Below, in pieces: positions 19,329 to 28,842 of a DNA stretch of 64,000 bases. The stretch is taken from NCBI GenBank assembly GCA_038128265.1, contig JAYPJE010000023.1:1-64000 (forward strand), in the 5' to 3' direction. Origin of the DNA: Gemmatimonadota bacterium (GTDB lineage Bacteria > Latescibacterota > UBA2968 > UBA8231). A program made the translations under genes and the position numbers. Under the pieces are notes generated by a model. The model saw only the letters and a list, made by a program, of their open reading frames with translations. It had not been told where the DNA came from and made no database searches. Numbering within the stretch: the stretch's first letter is position 1; every line of letters starts with the position of its first letter.

Positions 19329-20357
19329 ATGCAGTCATTTCCCCTGGTATGCGTGCGCGGCAGTGCGCGGCAAATGGGCATTCAGCACGGCGAGCAAGCG
19401 GCACCGCTCATAGAGGGCTATTTGCGCTGGATCGAAAAGTCGACCGGCAAGGAACGCGACGAACTGGGCCAGCGCGCGCGCGCGTTCCTGCCCTACATAG
19501 ACCGATTGAATCCACTTATTATCGAAGAAGTAGGTGGACTGGCCGAAGGCGCGGCCATTCCATTTGAACACGCGCTGCTGTGCCAGGTGCGAGGCGAAGC
19601 TACCAGCGCCCCTCTAACAGAAGGCTGCACGGCGTTTGCTCTGACCCGCTCGGCAACGCGCGATGGCTCTGCGCTGGCTGGCCAGAATCAAGACCTGCCG
19701 CCCGAGTTTGCCGATATAGGCATCGTGCTGCACATCCAGCCCACCGACGGCCGTCCCCGCGCGCTCACGTTCACGTTCGCCGGGCAGCTCGGTTATATGG
19801 GCACCAATGCGCACGGCGTGTCCCACTTTGCCAACGGTCTATCCGACTACCAGTGGCGGCTCGGCCTGCCGCACTACCCACTCAAACGCACCCTCTTTGA
19901 ACAGCCCGATATAGCCGCCTGTCTGCACATTCTACAAACGCACCGCACCTGTTCAGCCGCCAATATGGTGTTTTGCGACGGCAACGGCGATATTGCCGAT
20001 GTCGAAATTCGCCCCGAAGGCATCGCCCTATTTGACGACGACCACCCCGACGGGCGCCTGCATACAAACCACTATGTGTCGGGTGCATTCGCCCCATTTG
20101 AAACGCACCGCACCGAGGACTCTGTGCCGCGCCTAGAGCGCGTGCGCCAGCTCGTGCAGGAGCGCTGGGGTGAGATTGATGCAGACAGTATGAAGGAAAT
20201 TCTCGCAGACCATCGGGGCGACCCCGGCGCGATATGCCGCCACGGCGCAGGAGGCACGCATTCGATCTGCGGCTACATTGCCGAGCCGGCGCGCGGCGTG
20301 CTCCACGTGCGGCGCGGGCACGGCTGCCTGGGCTCTTGGACGACCTATGCGGTCTAG
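19329..20357 (+). CDS. C45 family peptidase / acyl-CoA:6-APA acyltransferase-like Ntn hydrolase
   Basis: MGIQHGEQ, EGCT autocleavage motif, GQNQD, HTNH. Confidence 0.85.
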   Translation: MQSFPLVCVRGSARQMGIQHGEQAAPLIEGYLRWIEKSTGKERDELGQRARAFLPYIDRLNPLIIEEVGGLAEGAAIPFEHALLCQVRGEATSAPLTEGCTAFALTRSATRDGSALAGQNQDLPPEFADIGIVLHIQPTDGRPRALTFTFAGQLGYMGTNAHGVSHFANGLSDYQWRLGLPHYPLKRTLFEQPDIAACLHILQTHRTCSAANMVFCDGNGDIADVEIRPEGIALFDDDHPDGRLHTNHYVSGAFAPFETHRTEDSVPRLERVRQLVQERWGEIDADSMKEILADHRGDPGAICRHGAGGTHSICGYIAEPARGVLHVRRGHGCLGSWTTYAV

Positions 20358-20385
20358 TCGCTAGCAGAGCCGGTCGGCACGGCCT

Positions 20386-21723
20386 TCACAGGCAGAGCGA
20401 TACTAGGCTCTTCACTTCTTCGTTGATATCTTCGGATAGCGCATTGCGCAACTGGGCAATATCGGCAGTACCCAGCTCCAGATGCTGCAGCACGCGCGCG
20501 TCGTAGTGGGCCTTGTCGCTGGGCAAGTAGCCGAGCCCCAACTCATTGCACAAATTATTAGCCATGTGAATCAGACACGCCAGCGAAGAGGGCTGCTCCC
20601 CCGGGAAATGGTGAGAGCCGACGGCATTAGCCAACTCTTCACCCATATTGGCGTTTATAATTAGCATTTGCCCTACGCGCTCGTGGCTGGCGACATCTCC
20701 CATTTTGGCTTCGATGGCGCGAAAGGACTCCTGGCTTTTTTCGCACTGCTCAATAATCCGCGCAAACCAGTCCCAGAAAAAGAATCCGAGCACCAATTTG
20801 CCTACATCGTGCAGCAGCGAACCAATCCAATAGTCGTTAAACTCAACTTTTTCACCCAGTTTAATCATGCCTTTGGAGTAGAGCCGATCGGCAATCAGCG
20901 CACACCCGATGGAGTGCTCCCAAAAGCGGCGCAGGTCAAACTCGCTCTCGCTGGGCTTAACTAGGTTGTTGATCAATTTGATTTGCTGGGCAATACCGCC
21001 CACTTTTTTGTAGCCCAGGCGCACGATGACGTCCGTCAGCGACCACTGGTCGGCCGAGCGGCTAATCCCGGCAAAGATCGGCGAACGCACGACCTTTAGC
21101 AGCTTCATAACAATGGCCGGATCGCTGCCCAACAGGCGCTCTAGCTCATCCGTTGTCGTCTTGGGGTCGTTGACGAGACGCATAATGCGCATGATGATCT
21201 CGGGCAGCGTCGGCAGCGTGTTCAGGTTGCGCAGCCGATTCTCCAAACGCTCCTGCAGTTCGGAATAGGGCGCGTTGTCGAGATCTCTGAAGATGTTGCA
21301 AACGCCGCGCGCTTCTAACGCGTCTCGCGCAACTTGCTGCAACGAGTGGTCGGCATCTAAAAAAGCCCCTTCCCAAGAGCACAAATAGATGTTTTTCAGT
21401 TCGCCAACCAGCGTTTGCTGCACGTCTAAGCGCTTCTGTGGCAAGACCAGGAACACCGGTATCGCGCCGTTCTGGCTCAGCGCCAGCAGCGCATCAACAC
21501 GGGTGATTTCTACGTTCTGCACGACAAAGGCGCAGCGCACGCTCTGCCCCTCTTTTTGCACAATGCCGGCACCGCGCTCAAAATCGTCGGCCACGCGCAG
21601 GGAAAGGCCACACTGATAGTTGAGCATCAAGTTGAGAAAGCGGACCAAGACCTGCTGCGGATTACCCGACTGCTGCACGATCAGGCCGCAGTCCTGAGGG
21701 CTGTTGAACTTGATTCGCATCAT
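20386..21723 (-). CDS. HDOD domain protein
   Basis: LPTLP, DPAIVMKLLK, FWEHS, LLHDVGKL, HERVG. Confidence 0.9.
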   Translation of the reverse strand: MMRIKFNSPQDCGLIVQQSGNPQQVLVRFLNLMLNYQCGLSLRVADDFERGAGIVQKEGQSVRCAFVVQNVEITRVDALLALSQNGAIPVFLVLPQKRLDVQQTLVGELKNIYLCSWEGAFLDADHSLQQVARDALEARGVCNIFRDLDNAPYSELQERLENRLRNLNTLPTLPEIIMRIMRLVNDPKTTTDELERLLGSDPAIVMKLLKVVRSPIFAGISRSADQWSLTDVIVRLGYKKVGGIAQQIKLINNLVKPSESEFDLRRFWEHSIGCALIADRLYSKGMIKLGEKVEFNDYWIGSLLHDVGKLVLGFFFWDWFARIIEQCEKSQESFRAIEAKMGDVASHERVGQMLIINANMGEELANAVGSHHFPGEQPSSLACLIHMANNLCNELGLGYLPSDKAHYDARVLQHLELGTADIAQLRNALSEDINEEVKSLVSLCL

Positions 21724-21759
21724 TGCTGGAAAGTCATCCGATCGAATGGAAGCGCGGGC

Positions 21760-22476
21760 TTAGGCGTAGCGCTCGGCGTCGTCTTCGGGTGCGTAGCCGA
21801 GCTCGCTACGCGCATTGTGCGTGTCCCAATAAGCGCGCGTATTGCCGGATATTCCATAGTACACGCCAAAGTTGACGCCTTCGACCTGCAGACAGCGCCA
21901 GACGAGCTGTACGGCGTCGCGATAGCTAAGCCAAGTAGATAAAATTCGGTCGCTGCTCCGATTCTTTACCGACTCGTCGGGCTGAAACGAACCGATGCGC
22001 AGACAATAGGCCTTCATGCCGTATTCGTCGACGTAAAAACGCGCCAAGTCTTCGCCGAAAGACTTGCTCACCCCGTATAGGCTGTCGGGGCGCACGGGCA
22101 TCTCGGGTTTCGTATAAACCCCTTCCTGCTCGTAATAACCCGTGGCGTGGTTGCTGCTGGCAAAGACCAGCCGCTGAGCGCCGCCGCGCCGCGCGCCCTC
22201 GTAGGCACCGTACGTGCCCTTGATGTTGACTTCTAAAATGGAATCCCACGGCGCCCTCGTACTCGGGTCGCCGGCCAGATGCACTACCGCATCGACGCCC
22301 TGACACACCTGTGCCATCCATTCGACATCGGCCACATCGCCCACGTGCACGTCATCAACTTCGGCCCCTTCGATGGGCACGCGATCCATCAGACGCAGCT
22401 GGCAGCGATCCTTGAGGCCCGCGCGCAGCGTGCGTCCAATGCGCCCTGCCGCTCCTGTAATGAGCACTTTTTGCAC
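21760..22476 (-). CDS. NAD-dependent epimerase/dehydrogenase (uronate dehydrogenase-like)
   Basis: TGAAGRIG, FASSNH, RPDSLYGVSK, LRIGS, TWLS.RD. Confidence 0.85.
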   Translation of the reverse strand: MQKVLITGAAGRIGRTLRAGLKDRCQLRLMDRVPIEGAEVDDVHVGDVADVEWMAQVCQGVDAVVHLAGDPSTRAPWDSILEVNIKGTYGAYEGARRGGAQRLVFASSNHATGYYEQEGVYTKPEMPVRPDSLYGVSKSFGEDLARFYVDEYGMKAYCLRIGSFQPDESVKNRSSDRILSTWLSYRDAVQLVWRCLQVEGVNFGVYYGISGNTRAYWDTHNARSELGYAPEDDAERYA

Positions 22477-22483
22477 GCTCGAC

Positions 22484-22579
22484 CTACTCGTCTCTCAGCG
22501 CCTGTGCGACGCCCCAAATCAGTCCGGCGACGACAAAGGCACCAACGGTGATGCCGGCGATAAACAGCAGGCGCCGCAT
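22484..22579 (-). CDS. Possible 31-aa membrane peptide MRRLLFIAGITVGAFVVAGLIWGVAQALRDE
   Basis: Single TM-like helix in an otherwise empty gap, stop 7 nt before the next start; no clear RBS. Confidence 0.4.
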   Translation of the reverse strand: MRRLLFIAGITVGAFVVAGLIWGVAQALRDE

Positions 22580-22683
22580 AAGGCGCGCGCGGCGACGGCG
22601 ACGACTGTATAGCTGCGGCAGGTGGTATGCCGATCGGGCGCTGCTAATCGGCGCCCGTAGTAATGCCAACGCCATTCTGCCTC

Positions 22684-23331
22684 CTAACGCGCTGCCCAGA
22701 CAAGCCCGCGGCGCTGAATTTCGCGGGCCTCGGGCACGTCAAAGTCGCGGGCCACGTGCCCCAGCGAAGAGTAGAATACCCTGCCATCGCCCCACATGCG
22801 TTTCCACACCGCGGGAATCGTTGTGCCGTTAATCCACGGGGCGCTGGTGCGGTTGCGAAACGTCGTCGTTGCCAGCACTTCATTGCCCGGATCGACGTGC
22901 AGGTAGTACTGCTCGGAGTGCATTTTGAAAGAGTCTATGCCCTCGACGATGGGATCGTCGGACGTGATGTTGACTTCGTAGTCGATAATGCCGTCGGGAT
23001 GGGCAACCCACTGACCCCCAACCATAAACTGGTACTCCGTATTGCCGCGGAACGAATCGGCCATACCGCCGTGCCATCCGGCGATGCCAACGCCGCTCTT
23101 GACCGCATTGAGCAAACCCTGCTCCTGCTCGCGCTCAATCTGTCCCATCGTCCACACCGGAACCACTAGGCTCAGTTCGCCCATCATATCGGCGTCTTTA
23201 TAGCTATCCAACGTGTCGGATACCGTCACGTCAAACCCGGCCTCCTGCAGCAGCGGTGCAAAAATATCGACGCACTGCTTGGGCTCGTGTCCTTCCCAGC
23301 CGCCCCATACCATCAGCGCCTTCTTGGCCAT
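22684..23331 (-). CDS. ThuA-like domain protein
   Basis: [38 protein letters not shown]. Confidence 0.9.
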   Translation of the reverse strand: MAKKALMVWGGWEGHEPKQCVDIFAPLLQEAGFDVTVSDTLDSYKDADMMGELSLVVPVWTMGQIEREQEQGLLNAVKSGVGIAGWHGGMADSFRGNTEYQFMVGGQWVAHPDGIIDYEVNITSDDPIVEGIDSFKMHSEQYYLHVDPGNEVLATTTFRNRTSAPWINGTTIPAVWKRMWGDGRVFYSSLGHVARDFDVPEAREIQRRGLVWAAR

Positions 23332-23356
23332 GCTTTTCCTTTCTCCGTTCGCCGTT

Positions 23357-24121
23357 CTAGTCGGCCGTATTGGCCCCGCGTCCCAGCCCCTCTGACACCA
23401 GGTACTGGTAGCTCTTTTCCACGGCCTCCATCATATCGGTTGCGCAGCGATCCAACTCGACAATCAGCCAATCGCAGGTGCCGTGACTGGACTCGATAAT
23501 CGGGGCGAATTCCATGTTGCCCTCTCCAACGGCAACCATATCGGCATCGGCCGTGCACGGACCGTCTTTGATATGCAACAGCGGAGCGCGCTCACCCAAC
23601 GATTCGACGACTTTAGTGGCGTCTCCCCCGCCCGTATTTACCCAGTAGGTGTCAATCTGGAAGAATATATTTTCACTCAATTCCTCCAGCATAATCTCGA
23701 ATGCGGGACGCCCATCGACGTCCGCAAACTCCCACCAGTGGTTGTGCATACCCAGTTCTAAATCGAATTCCTCGGCCACTGCAGCGGCTTCGTTCCAGCG
23801 CTCGCATAGCTCCTTAATCTTGTCCACGCTCTCAAAGCTATCGCGCGGCGTGCTGGAAACCACGCGCGTCACTTCTAGCGCATCGGCCAACTCGATCACC
23901 TGATTTTTTTGTTTGCCATAGGGCAACTGCGTATGCGCACTGCACACCTGCAAGCCGAGGTCGGCAAATAGGTCAGAGGCCTCCAGTACGGTAATACCGG
24001 GGAAACCAGCCGTTTCCACTCCGACGTAGCCCATCTCGGCGATCTGCGTTACAACGGCCTTAAAATTTTTGGCCAATAGATCGCGCACAGTATACAACTG
24101 GATAGCGATTGGGGCAGGCAT
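23357..24121 (-). CDS. Sugar phosphate isomerase/epimerase
   Basis: IQLYTVR, HNHWWEF, IDTYW, HIKD, IVELD; GGGAG RBS. Confidence 0.9.
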   Translation of the reverse strand: MPAPIAIQLYTVRDLLAKNFKAVVTQIAEMGYVGVETAGFPGITVLEASDLFADLGLQVCSAHTQLPYGKQKNQVIELADALEVTRVVSSTPRDSFESVDKIKELCERWNEAAAVAEEFDLELGMHNHWWEFADVDGRPAFEIMLEELSENIFFQIDTYWVNTGGGDATKVVESLGERAPLLHIKDGPCTADADMVAVGEGNMEFAPIIESSHGTCDWLIVELDRCATDMMEAVEKSYQYLVSEGLGRGANTAD

Positions 24122-24374
24122 TTCTCCCTTCCTTTTTATGGGTTGTACAAATCGGTCAGCTGCTTTTCTCTGCGCTGCACCGCCGAGCCCGTCGGCCCGG
24201 TCGCACCTGCGCATAAGAGGCTGCACCCAGAGTGCGTCCATCCCGCGACCATCTATACGGACACCGACTAAAATGGCCTATATAAATGCACAAAAATCTG
24301 CGTTTCAGCAAGGCAGCAGTTCCAGCATGCGCCGACCCGTGTGCGCTGCGCCACCGCGGATCGGACGTTCCTCG

Positions 24375-25367
24375 CTATTCGTAGGCGATATTGCGCGCCT
24401 GCATTAGCCCAATCATATAGCCAAAAGCAAATATCTTGCCCATCATTCCGTAGCCGCGCGTCTCCTCGGCGCTCTCATTGCCCATCGTCGGCGCGTGGTC
24501 CGGGCGAATCGGCCCTTCAAAGCCGGCCCGCGACAGCACCTCGAGCATCTCCGCCATATCGGTCGGACCGTTGTCGTGGAACGTCTCGGTAAAAACGGTA
24601 TCGGCCGTGCCCTCTACGTCGCGATAGTGAACGAAGAATATCTTGCCCTGTTCGGCGAACTCGCGCGCCACCGAATATATGTCTTCGCCCATCGCCTTGA
24701 AATTACCCTGGCAGAACGTCACGCCGTTGTAGGGAGAGGGGGCAATCTTGAGCAGGCGGCGATAGGCATCGGCGCTCACCATGATCTGCGCCGTGCCGCG
24801 GTAGGGCGAGATCGGCGGATCGTTGGGATGGTAGCCCATGCGCACGTTGGCCTTCTCCGCTACGGGAACTACGCGCTCTAGCAGCCAGGTCAAATTATCC
24901 CAAAGCTCTTCTTCTGTCTGCGGCTCGCCAAAGGGCTCTTCACTGCGGTTGGAAGCGGCGTAGTCAAACTGCGACGAGATCGCGTCGCCGCGAATGGGCA
25001 CCCAACCCGTGCGCGACCCGCCCTGTCCCAAATTATAGCAGAGGACGGGAATGCCCACTTCGCCCATCGCTTCGATGGCGGCGATGTAATTCTTCAACTC
25101 CTCTTCGCGCCCTTGCGTGCCGCGGCGAATGTGCTCGGCGCGCACGGGCGTCATCGTCTCGTAGACCGGAATACCAAACCCGGCCGCAGCCCACTCCTCT
25201 TTCTGCTGGCGCATCGCCGCAGCGTATTGGTCGCGCCCCACTTCGTGCAGCGGCGGTGAGGTAACGCAGTTGACCACGCCCATCTGGCGACAAATGTTGA
25301 CCCGCTCTGGATGGTCGTTGGGACTCCTACCCAGCGTCATTGCCAGCTTGAATTTACCCTGTCGCAT
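24375..25367 (-). CDS. uxuA: Mannonate dehydratase-like protein
   Basis: VLCYN, HPNDPP, NGVTFCQG, FVHYRD, ETFHD.G, RPDH.P; AAGGAG RBS. Confidence 0.8.
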   Translation of the reverse strand: MRQGKFKLAMTLGRSPNDHPERVNICRQMGVVNCVTSPPLHEVGRDQYAAAMRQQKEEWAAAGFGIPVYETMTPVRAEHIRRGTQGREEELKNYIAAIEAMGEVGIPVLCYNLGQGGSRTGWVPIRGDAISSQFDYAASNRSEEPFGEPQTEEELWDNLTWLLERVVPVAEKANVRMGYHPNDPPISPYRGTAQIMVSADAYRRLLKIAPSPYNGVTFCQGNFKAMGEDIYSVAREFAEQGKIFFVHYRDVEGTADTVFTETFHDNGPTDMAEMLEVLSRAGFEGPIRPDHAPTMGNESAEETRGYGMMGKIFAFGYMIGLMQARNIAYE

Positions 25368-25434
25368 ACAACGCTCCTTTCGCAAGATCGGCCGCCTCGG
25401 GCAATCTGCCGCGCAGGGCGACTCAAGATCGCCC

Positions 25435-26205
25435 TCACAGACCCAATATGCGCTCTATATTGCCCGCAAAAATTTGCTGTTTTACGGCGTCTTCCACTTC
25501 CAGTTCCAACACGCGACCAGCATTGACGTAGTAGTCGGCCCCCGGCAGATCGGTGCCAAATAGCACGCGCTCTGGGCCAAGGATATCCAGCGCCAGTTCG
25601 TAAGCCCCTTTTTCGTTGATGCTACCAGCGTAGTCAACGGCGACGTTGGCGCAGTCTTCGATCGCGCGCAAGCCGTGCTCAAACTGAGCACCAAAGTGCG
25701 CCATAATAAACTGGCCTTCCGGAAAACGCCGAGCCAGGGCAGCAATTTCCAGCGGTGGTGCTTCGTGCGGAGGGGCATCTCCGTGCGTGCGGTAGTAGGC
25801 GTGGTAGAGCACGGGCCAACCGTGCTCTAACGCCGCTTCGGTCACCTGCCACGTGCGCTGATCGATAGCGCGCTGGGACACCCAGAACTTGAGCGCGCAA
25901 AAACCCGCACCGGCCCAGCGTTCGACTTCTCCTAGAGCATGCTCGAGGTGGGCGGCGTTGACGTAGCAAAACGGAAGAATGCGCTCGCCGACGGCATCGC
26001 GCAGACGCGCCGTATCCTCATTGCTCTGAGATACCTCCTGGGGCGTCGGGTCGAATCCACCGGTCAGATTGCTCAAAACGGCAATGCCCTGTAAGTCAAA
26101 ACGGTCCAAACAAGCGCGCAGATATTCGCTGTCGGCGAAGTGGCTCCAATTGTGCGCATGTCCGTCGATAACGCGAAAGTGACCCAGTTCGTCTATCAGT
26201 CCCAT
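25435..26205 (-). CDS. Amidohydrolase family 2 protein
   Basis: IDGHAH, LK, VLYH, MAHFG, FGTD. Confidence 0.85.
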   Translation of the reverse strand: MGLIDELGHFRVIDGHAHNWSHFADSEYLRACLDRFDLQGIAVLSNLTGGFDPTPQEVSQSNEDTARLRDAVGERILPFCYVNAAHLEHALGEVERWAGAGFCALKFWVSQRAIDQRTWQVTEAALEHGWPVLYHAYYRTHGDAPPHEAPPLEIAALARRFPEGQFIMAHFGAQFEHGLRAIEDCANVAVDYAGSINEKGAYELALDILGPERVLFGTDLPGADYYVNAGRVLELEVEDAVKQQIFAGNIERILGL

Positions 26206-26978
26206 GCGAAGAAACTCCGCGCGTTGCCGGCCAATACGGCGCGCTGCTGGTCGGCACTCAGCTGTGATCCCTCCAGACCCAGACGGCTCCCCGCCCAGTA
26301 ATAGAAAGGCGCTCCCGTGCCAAAGAGCGCGCGCTCAACGGGGAAAAACGACGCCAAAACGTCGAGCGAGGCCACGTTGGGCTTGCTGCAGCCAAAATCA
26401 ACGAAGACATGGGGCAGGTCGTGCCAGTTACTAACGAGCCCTTTGAGTTCGCTAAAGTAAAACATCGATAGGGCGACCTTGACCTGGCGATGCCGATGCA
26501 AGAAGGCCGCTACAGACTCCAGCGGGGGAACGAGTTGCTGCACGTAGCGCGGTGCAATGCGATCGTCGAAGATCCGAGCCATCAGATTGACCGGCACGTT
26601 TTCTGCGGCAGCGGCCGCCATTAGCGCATCGACTTCCGGTGAATCAAGAGCGTAGTGGTGCACGGCCGGCAGCAGACGCACGCCGACAATACGCTCGTCC
26701 GCACAGACGCGGCGCACGCCGTTTTCCGCCTGTGGAAAGCGCGGATCGATTGTCGCGTAGAAGTAGAGCCATTCGCGCAGCGCAGCATACTGCGCCATGT
26801 CCTCATCCAACCCCGATAGCGGATCGTAGTAGAGCAACGAGCGAAATCCGCTGGCCACGGCACGCCATAGCCCGGCGCGCTGGCGCAGAGCCTGCAGCTC
26901 TTCGACGCCGGAGGGCACGCGGCGGAAGGGGCACGGACCGACGATCAAACCACTGTCGATGGCTTCTGGTTCCATCAT
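26196..26978 (-). CDS. Amidohydrolase-fold protein with degenerate metal site
   Basis: GVRLLP, LFGTGAP, AGNAR; lacks HxH and the catalytic Asp. Confidence 0.75.
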   Translation of the reverse strand: MMEPEAIDSGLIVGPCPFRRVPSGVEELQALRQRAGLWRAVASGFRSLLYYDPLSGLDEDMAQYAALREWLYFYATIDPRFPQAENGVRRVCADERIVGVRLLPAVHHYALDSPEVDALMAAAAAENVPVNLMARIFDDRIAPRYVQQLVPPLESVAAFLHRHRQVKVALSMFYFSELKGLVSNWHDLPHVFVDFGCSKPNVASLDVLASFFPVERALFGTGAPFYYWAGSRLGLEGSQLSADQQRAVLAGNARSFFAWD

Positions 26979-27050
26979 CTGCTCACGGTAGGTGCCCGTC
27001 AGGAACGCCGCGCTGGTGCGACCCCCTGACGGAGCGCTGTGCGGCGCATA

Positions 27051-27079
27051 GTATACGTTTTTTGCACAGCCCCATCAAA
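27051..27079 (-). promoter_or_regulatory. sigma70 promoter for the amidohydrolase/uxuA cluster
   Basis: TTGATG-17 nt-TATACT on the minus strand. Confidence 0.5.
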
Positions 27080-27207
27080 GCGGTGTGACAACTCCCCCTG
27101 CCGCAGTGCCAAGGGCTCAAGACGGCGTGGGAAGCGGTCGCTCGGCCCGGTTCGGATGGAAGTTTAGACCGCCATAGGTCGGGCTTTAGCCGCATAGAAC
27201 ACCGCCC

Positions 27208-28317
27208 CTACTGCACGGCGGCCGATACGGCGTTGGATACGCGGCGCAGCAGCGAATCGTCCATTTTATTGGTTAGCACGACGCAGATGAGCTCGCGCAC
27301 TGGATCGGCCCATGCCACTGTCCCCGTCGCACCCGTATGACCAAAGGTTGCCGACGAGGCCAGCTCGCCGCAGCGGTTCCACACAATCGAGTCGGCTAGC
27401 GCCCAGCCCAACCCCCACGGCGCGTTCAGGTGGGTATTTTGATCGCGCACCATCGCCTCGGAAGCCGCAACACTCAGCACGCGCTGGCCGCCGTAGACGC
27501 CGCCGTTGAGCGCCGTCTGCATTAGAATGGCGAGGTCCCGTCCGTTGCTGTGCATACCACCCCAAGGAGCGCCCAGGTCGCGCCAATAGGGCGTATTCCA
27601 GCCCCAGCTACGCGCGTCCTCGTCCTCGGCGCGCTCGGCTTCTAAACCACACCAAACCAGATCGCCAATAGAGCGCTCGCCTAGACCCAGCGAAGAGTTG
27701 ACCATGCCCAGCGGCGCAAAGATGCGCTCCCGTTCGAATTGACGCAGCGCCTGACCACTGACGCGCTCGACAATTTCGGCAGCCAGCAGCGTGCCCTTGC
27801 TCTGGTAGCGAAAATCGCTGTTGGGCGCAAAGAGCAGCGGGGTCTGCAGCGCACAGCGCACAAATTCACTCAACGGAGCATGGGCACGGCGCAGTTCGGT
27901 ATTGTTGGGCAGCATATCGGGCATACCCGACGTATGCGAAAGCAGGTGGCGCACTTTGATTTGGTCGCGCGCACCGCCGCGAAACTCGGGCAGATAGCGC
28001 TGTGCCGGATCATCGAGCGAAACCTCGCCCGCATCGACCAACATCATCAGCGCCCAGGCCGTTACCGGTTTGGTAATCGACGCCAGCAAAAAGACGGCAT
28101 CGGCCGACGTCTCCGGCGCGCCATCCTCAGGCCGCATGCGGCCATAGCCTTGGCCGTATATCAGCTTGCCCCGCCGCGCAACCGTGAGCGTAGCGGCTCC
28201 GATGTGCCCACCATCGACGGCGCGCTGCAGCTGGGCTCCAGCGGCAGCAAGGCCGTCAGCGGACACGGCAACGTCTTCGGAAACCCCTTCGCTCAGCTGG
28301 CCAATTTGCTCTTTCAT
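27208..28317 (-). CDS. Serine hydrolase (beta-lactamase class C-like)
   Basis: SITK (SxxK), LLSHTSG, FRYQS, FGHTG. Confidence 0.9.
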   Translation of the reverse strand: MKEQIGQLSEGVSEDVAVSADGLAAAGAQLQRAVDGGHIGAATLTVARRGKLIYGQGYGRMRPEDGAPETSADAVFLLASITKPVTAWALMMLVDAGEVSLDDPAQRYLPEFRGGARDQIKVRHLLSHTSGMPDMLPNNTELRRAHAPLSEFVRCALQTPLLFAPNSDFRYQSKGTLLAAEIVERVSGQALRQFERERIFAPLGMVNSSLGLGERSIGDLVWCGLEAERAEDEDARSWGWNTPYWRDLGAPWGGMHSNGRDLAILMQTALNGGVYGGQRVLSVAASEAMVRDQNTHLNAPWGLGWALADSIVWNRCGELASSATFGHTGATGTVAWADPVRELICVVLTNKMDDSLLRRVSNAVSAAVQ

Positions 28318-28392
28318 ACGTACCCTTTCACTGGTTGCGTGCCGATCGGAAGGCACGATATCTATGCAACGCTTAGACTGCGAAACACCAAT

Positions 28393-28581
28393 ATGGGATG
28401 GATGATCCGCCTAGGCCTTATGATGCTCTTTCTTCTGGCCGTATTGGGCGCCACGCTGTGGATTTACTTTAACACGGGCCTGCCCGAGCGCAAAGCACCC
28501 GAGCCGTCCGAGCACGGCTCCATACAGCACTCGACGATGCCCCATCAGGCCATCGCGCTGCTCAACGGTTCAGCGACCTAA
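28393..28581 (+). CDS. 62-aa small membrane protein
   Basis: MGWMIRLGLMMLFLLAVLGATLWIYF TM helix followed by a polar tail; divergent from the serine hydrolase. Confidence 0.5.
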   Translation: MGWMIRLGLMMLFLLAVLGATLWIYFNTGLPERKAPEPSEHGSIQHSTMPHQAIALLNGSAT

Positions 28582-28842
28582 GCTACCTCCAATTCTCAAT
28601 CGCACACACGCCAGCGCATAGCACCGCGCATTGCGCGCGAATAAACGGTCCGCAGCACGTAGGCCCCATTACCGTTGAGGGCATAAGATGCCTGCTCGAC
28701 TGCGCCGTATCAAGCGCTCAGTTGAATGGGCTAGCGCTTTTCTTTATGCTACCAAAATAGCGCGCTCACCGCATGCCAGTCACACAGGTCTGCCATTCTA
28801 TGGGTGCACGCGCCTCCTTACTACAACCGAGAGCACCTATAT

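Noticed and set aside
26983..27195. 70-aa minus-strand ORF and a REP-like ggtcgggctttagcc
   Set aside because: The ORF spans a predicted promoter and looks non-coding; I noticed the REP-like motif only once and it is imperfect
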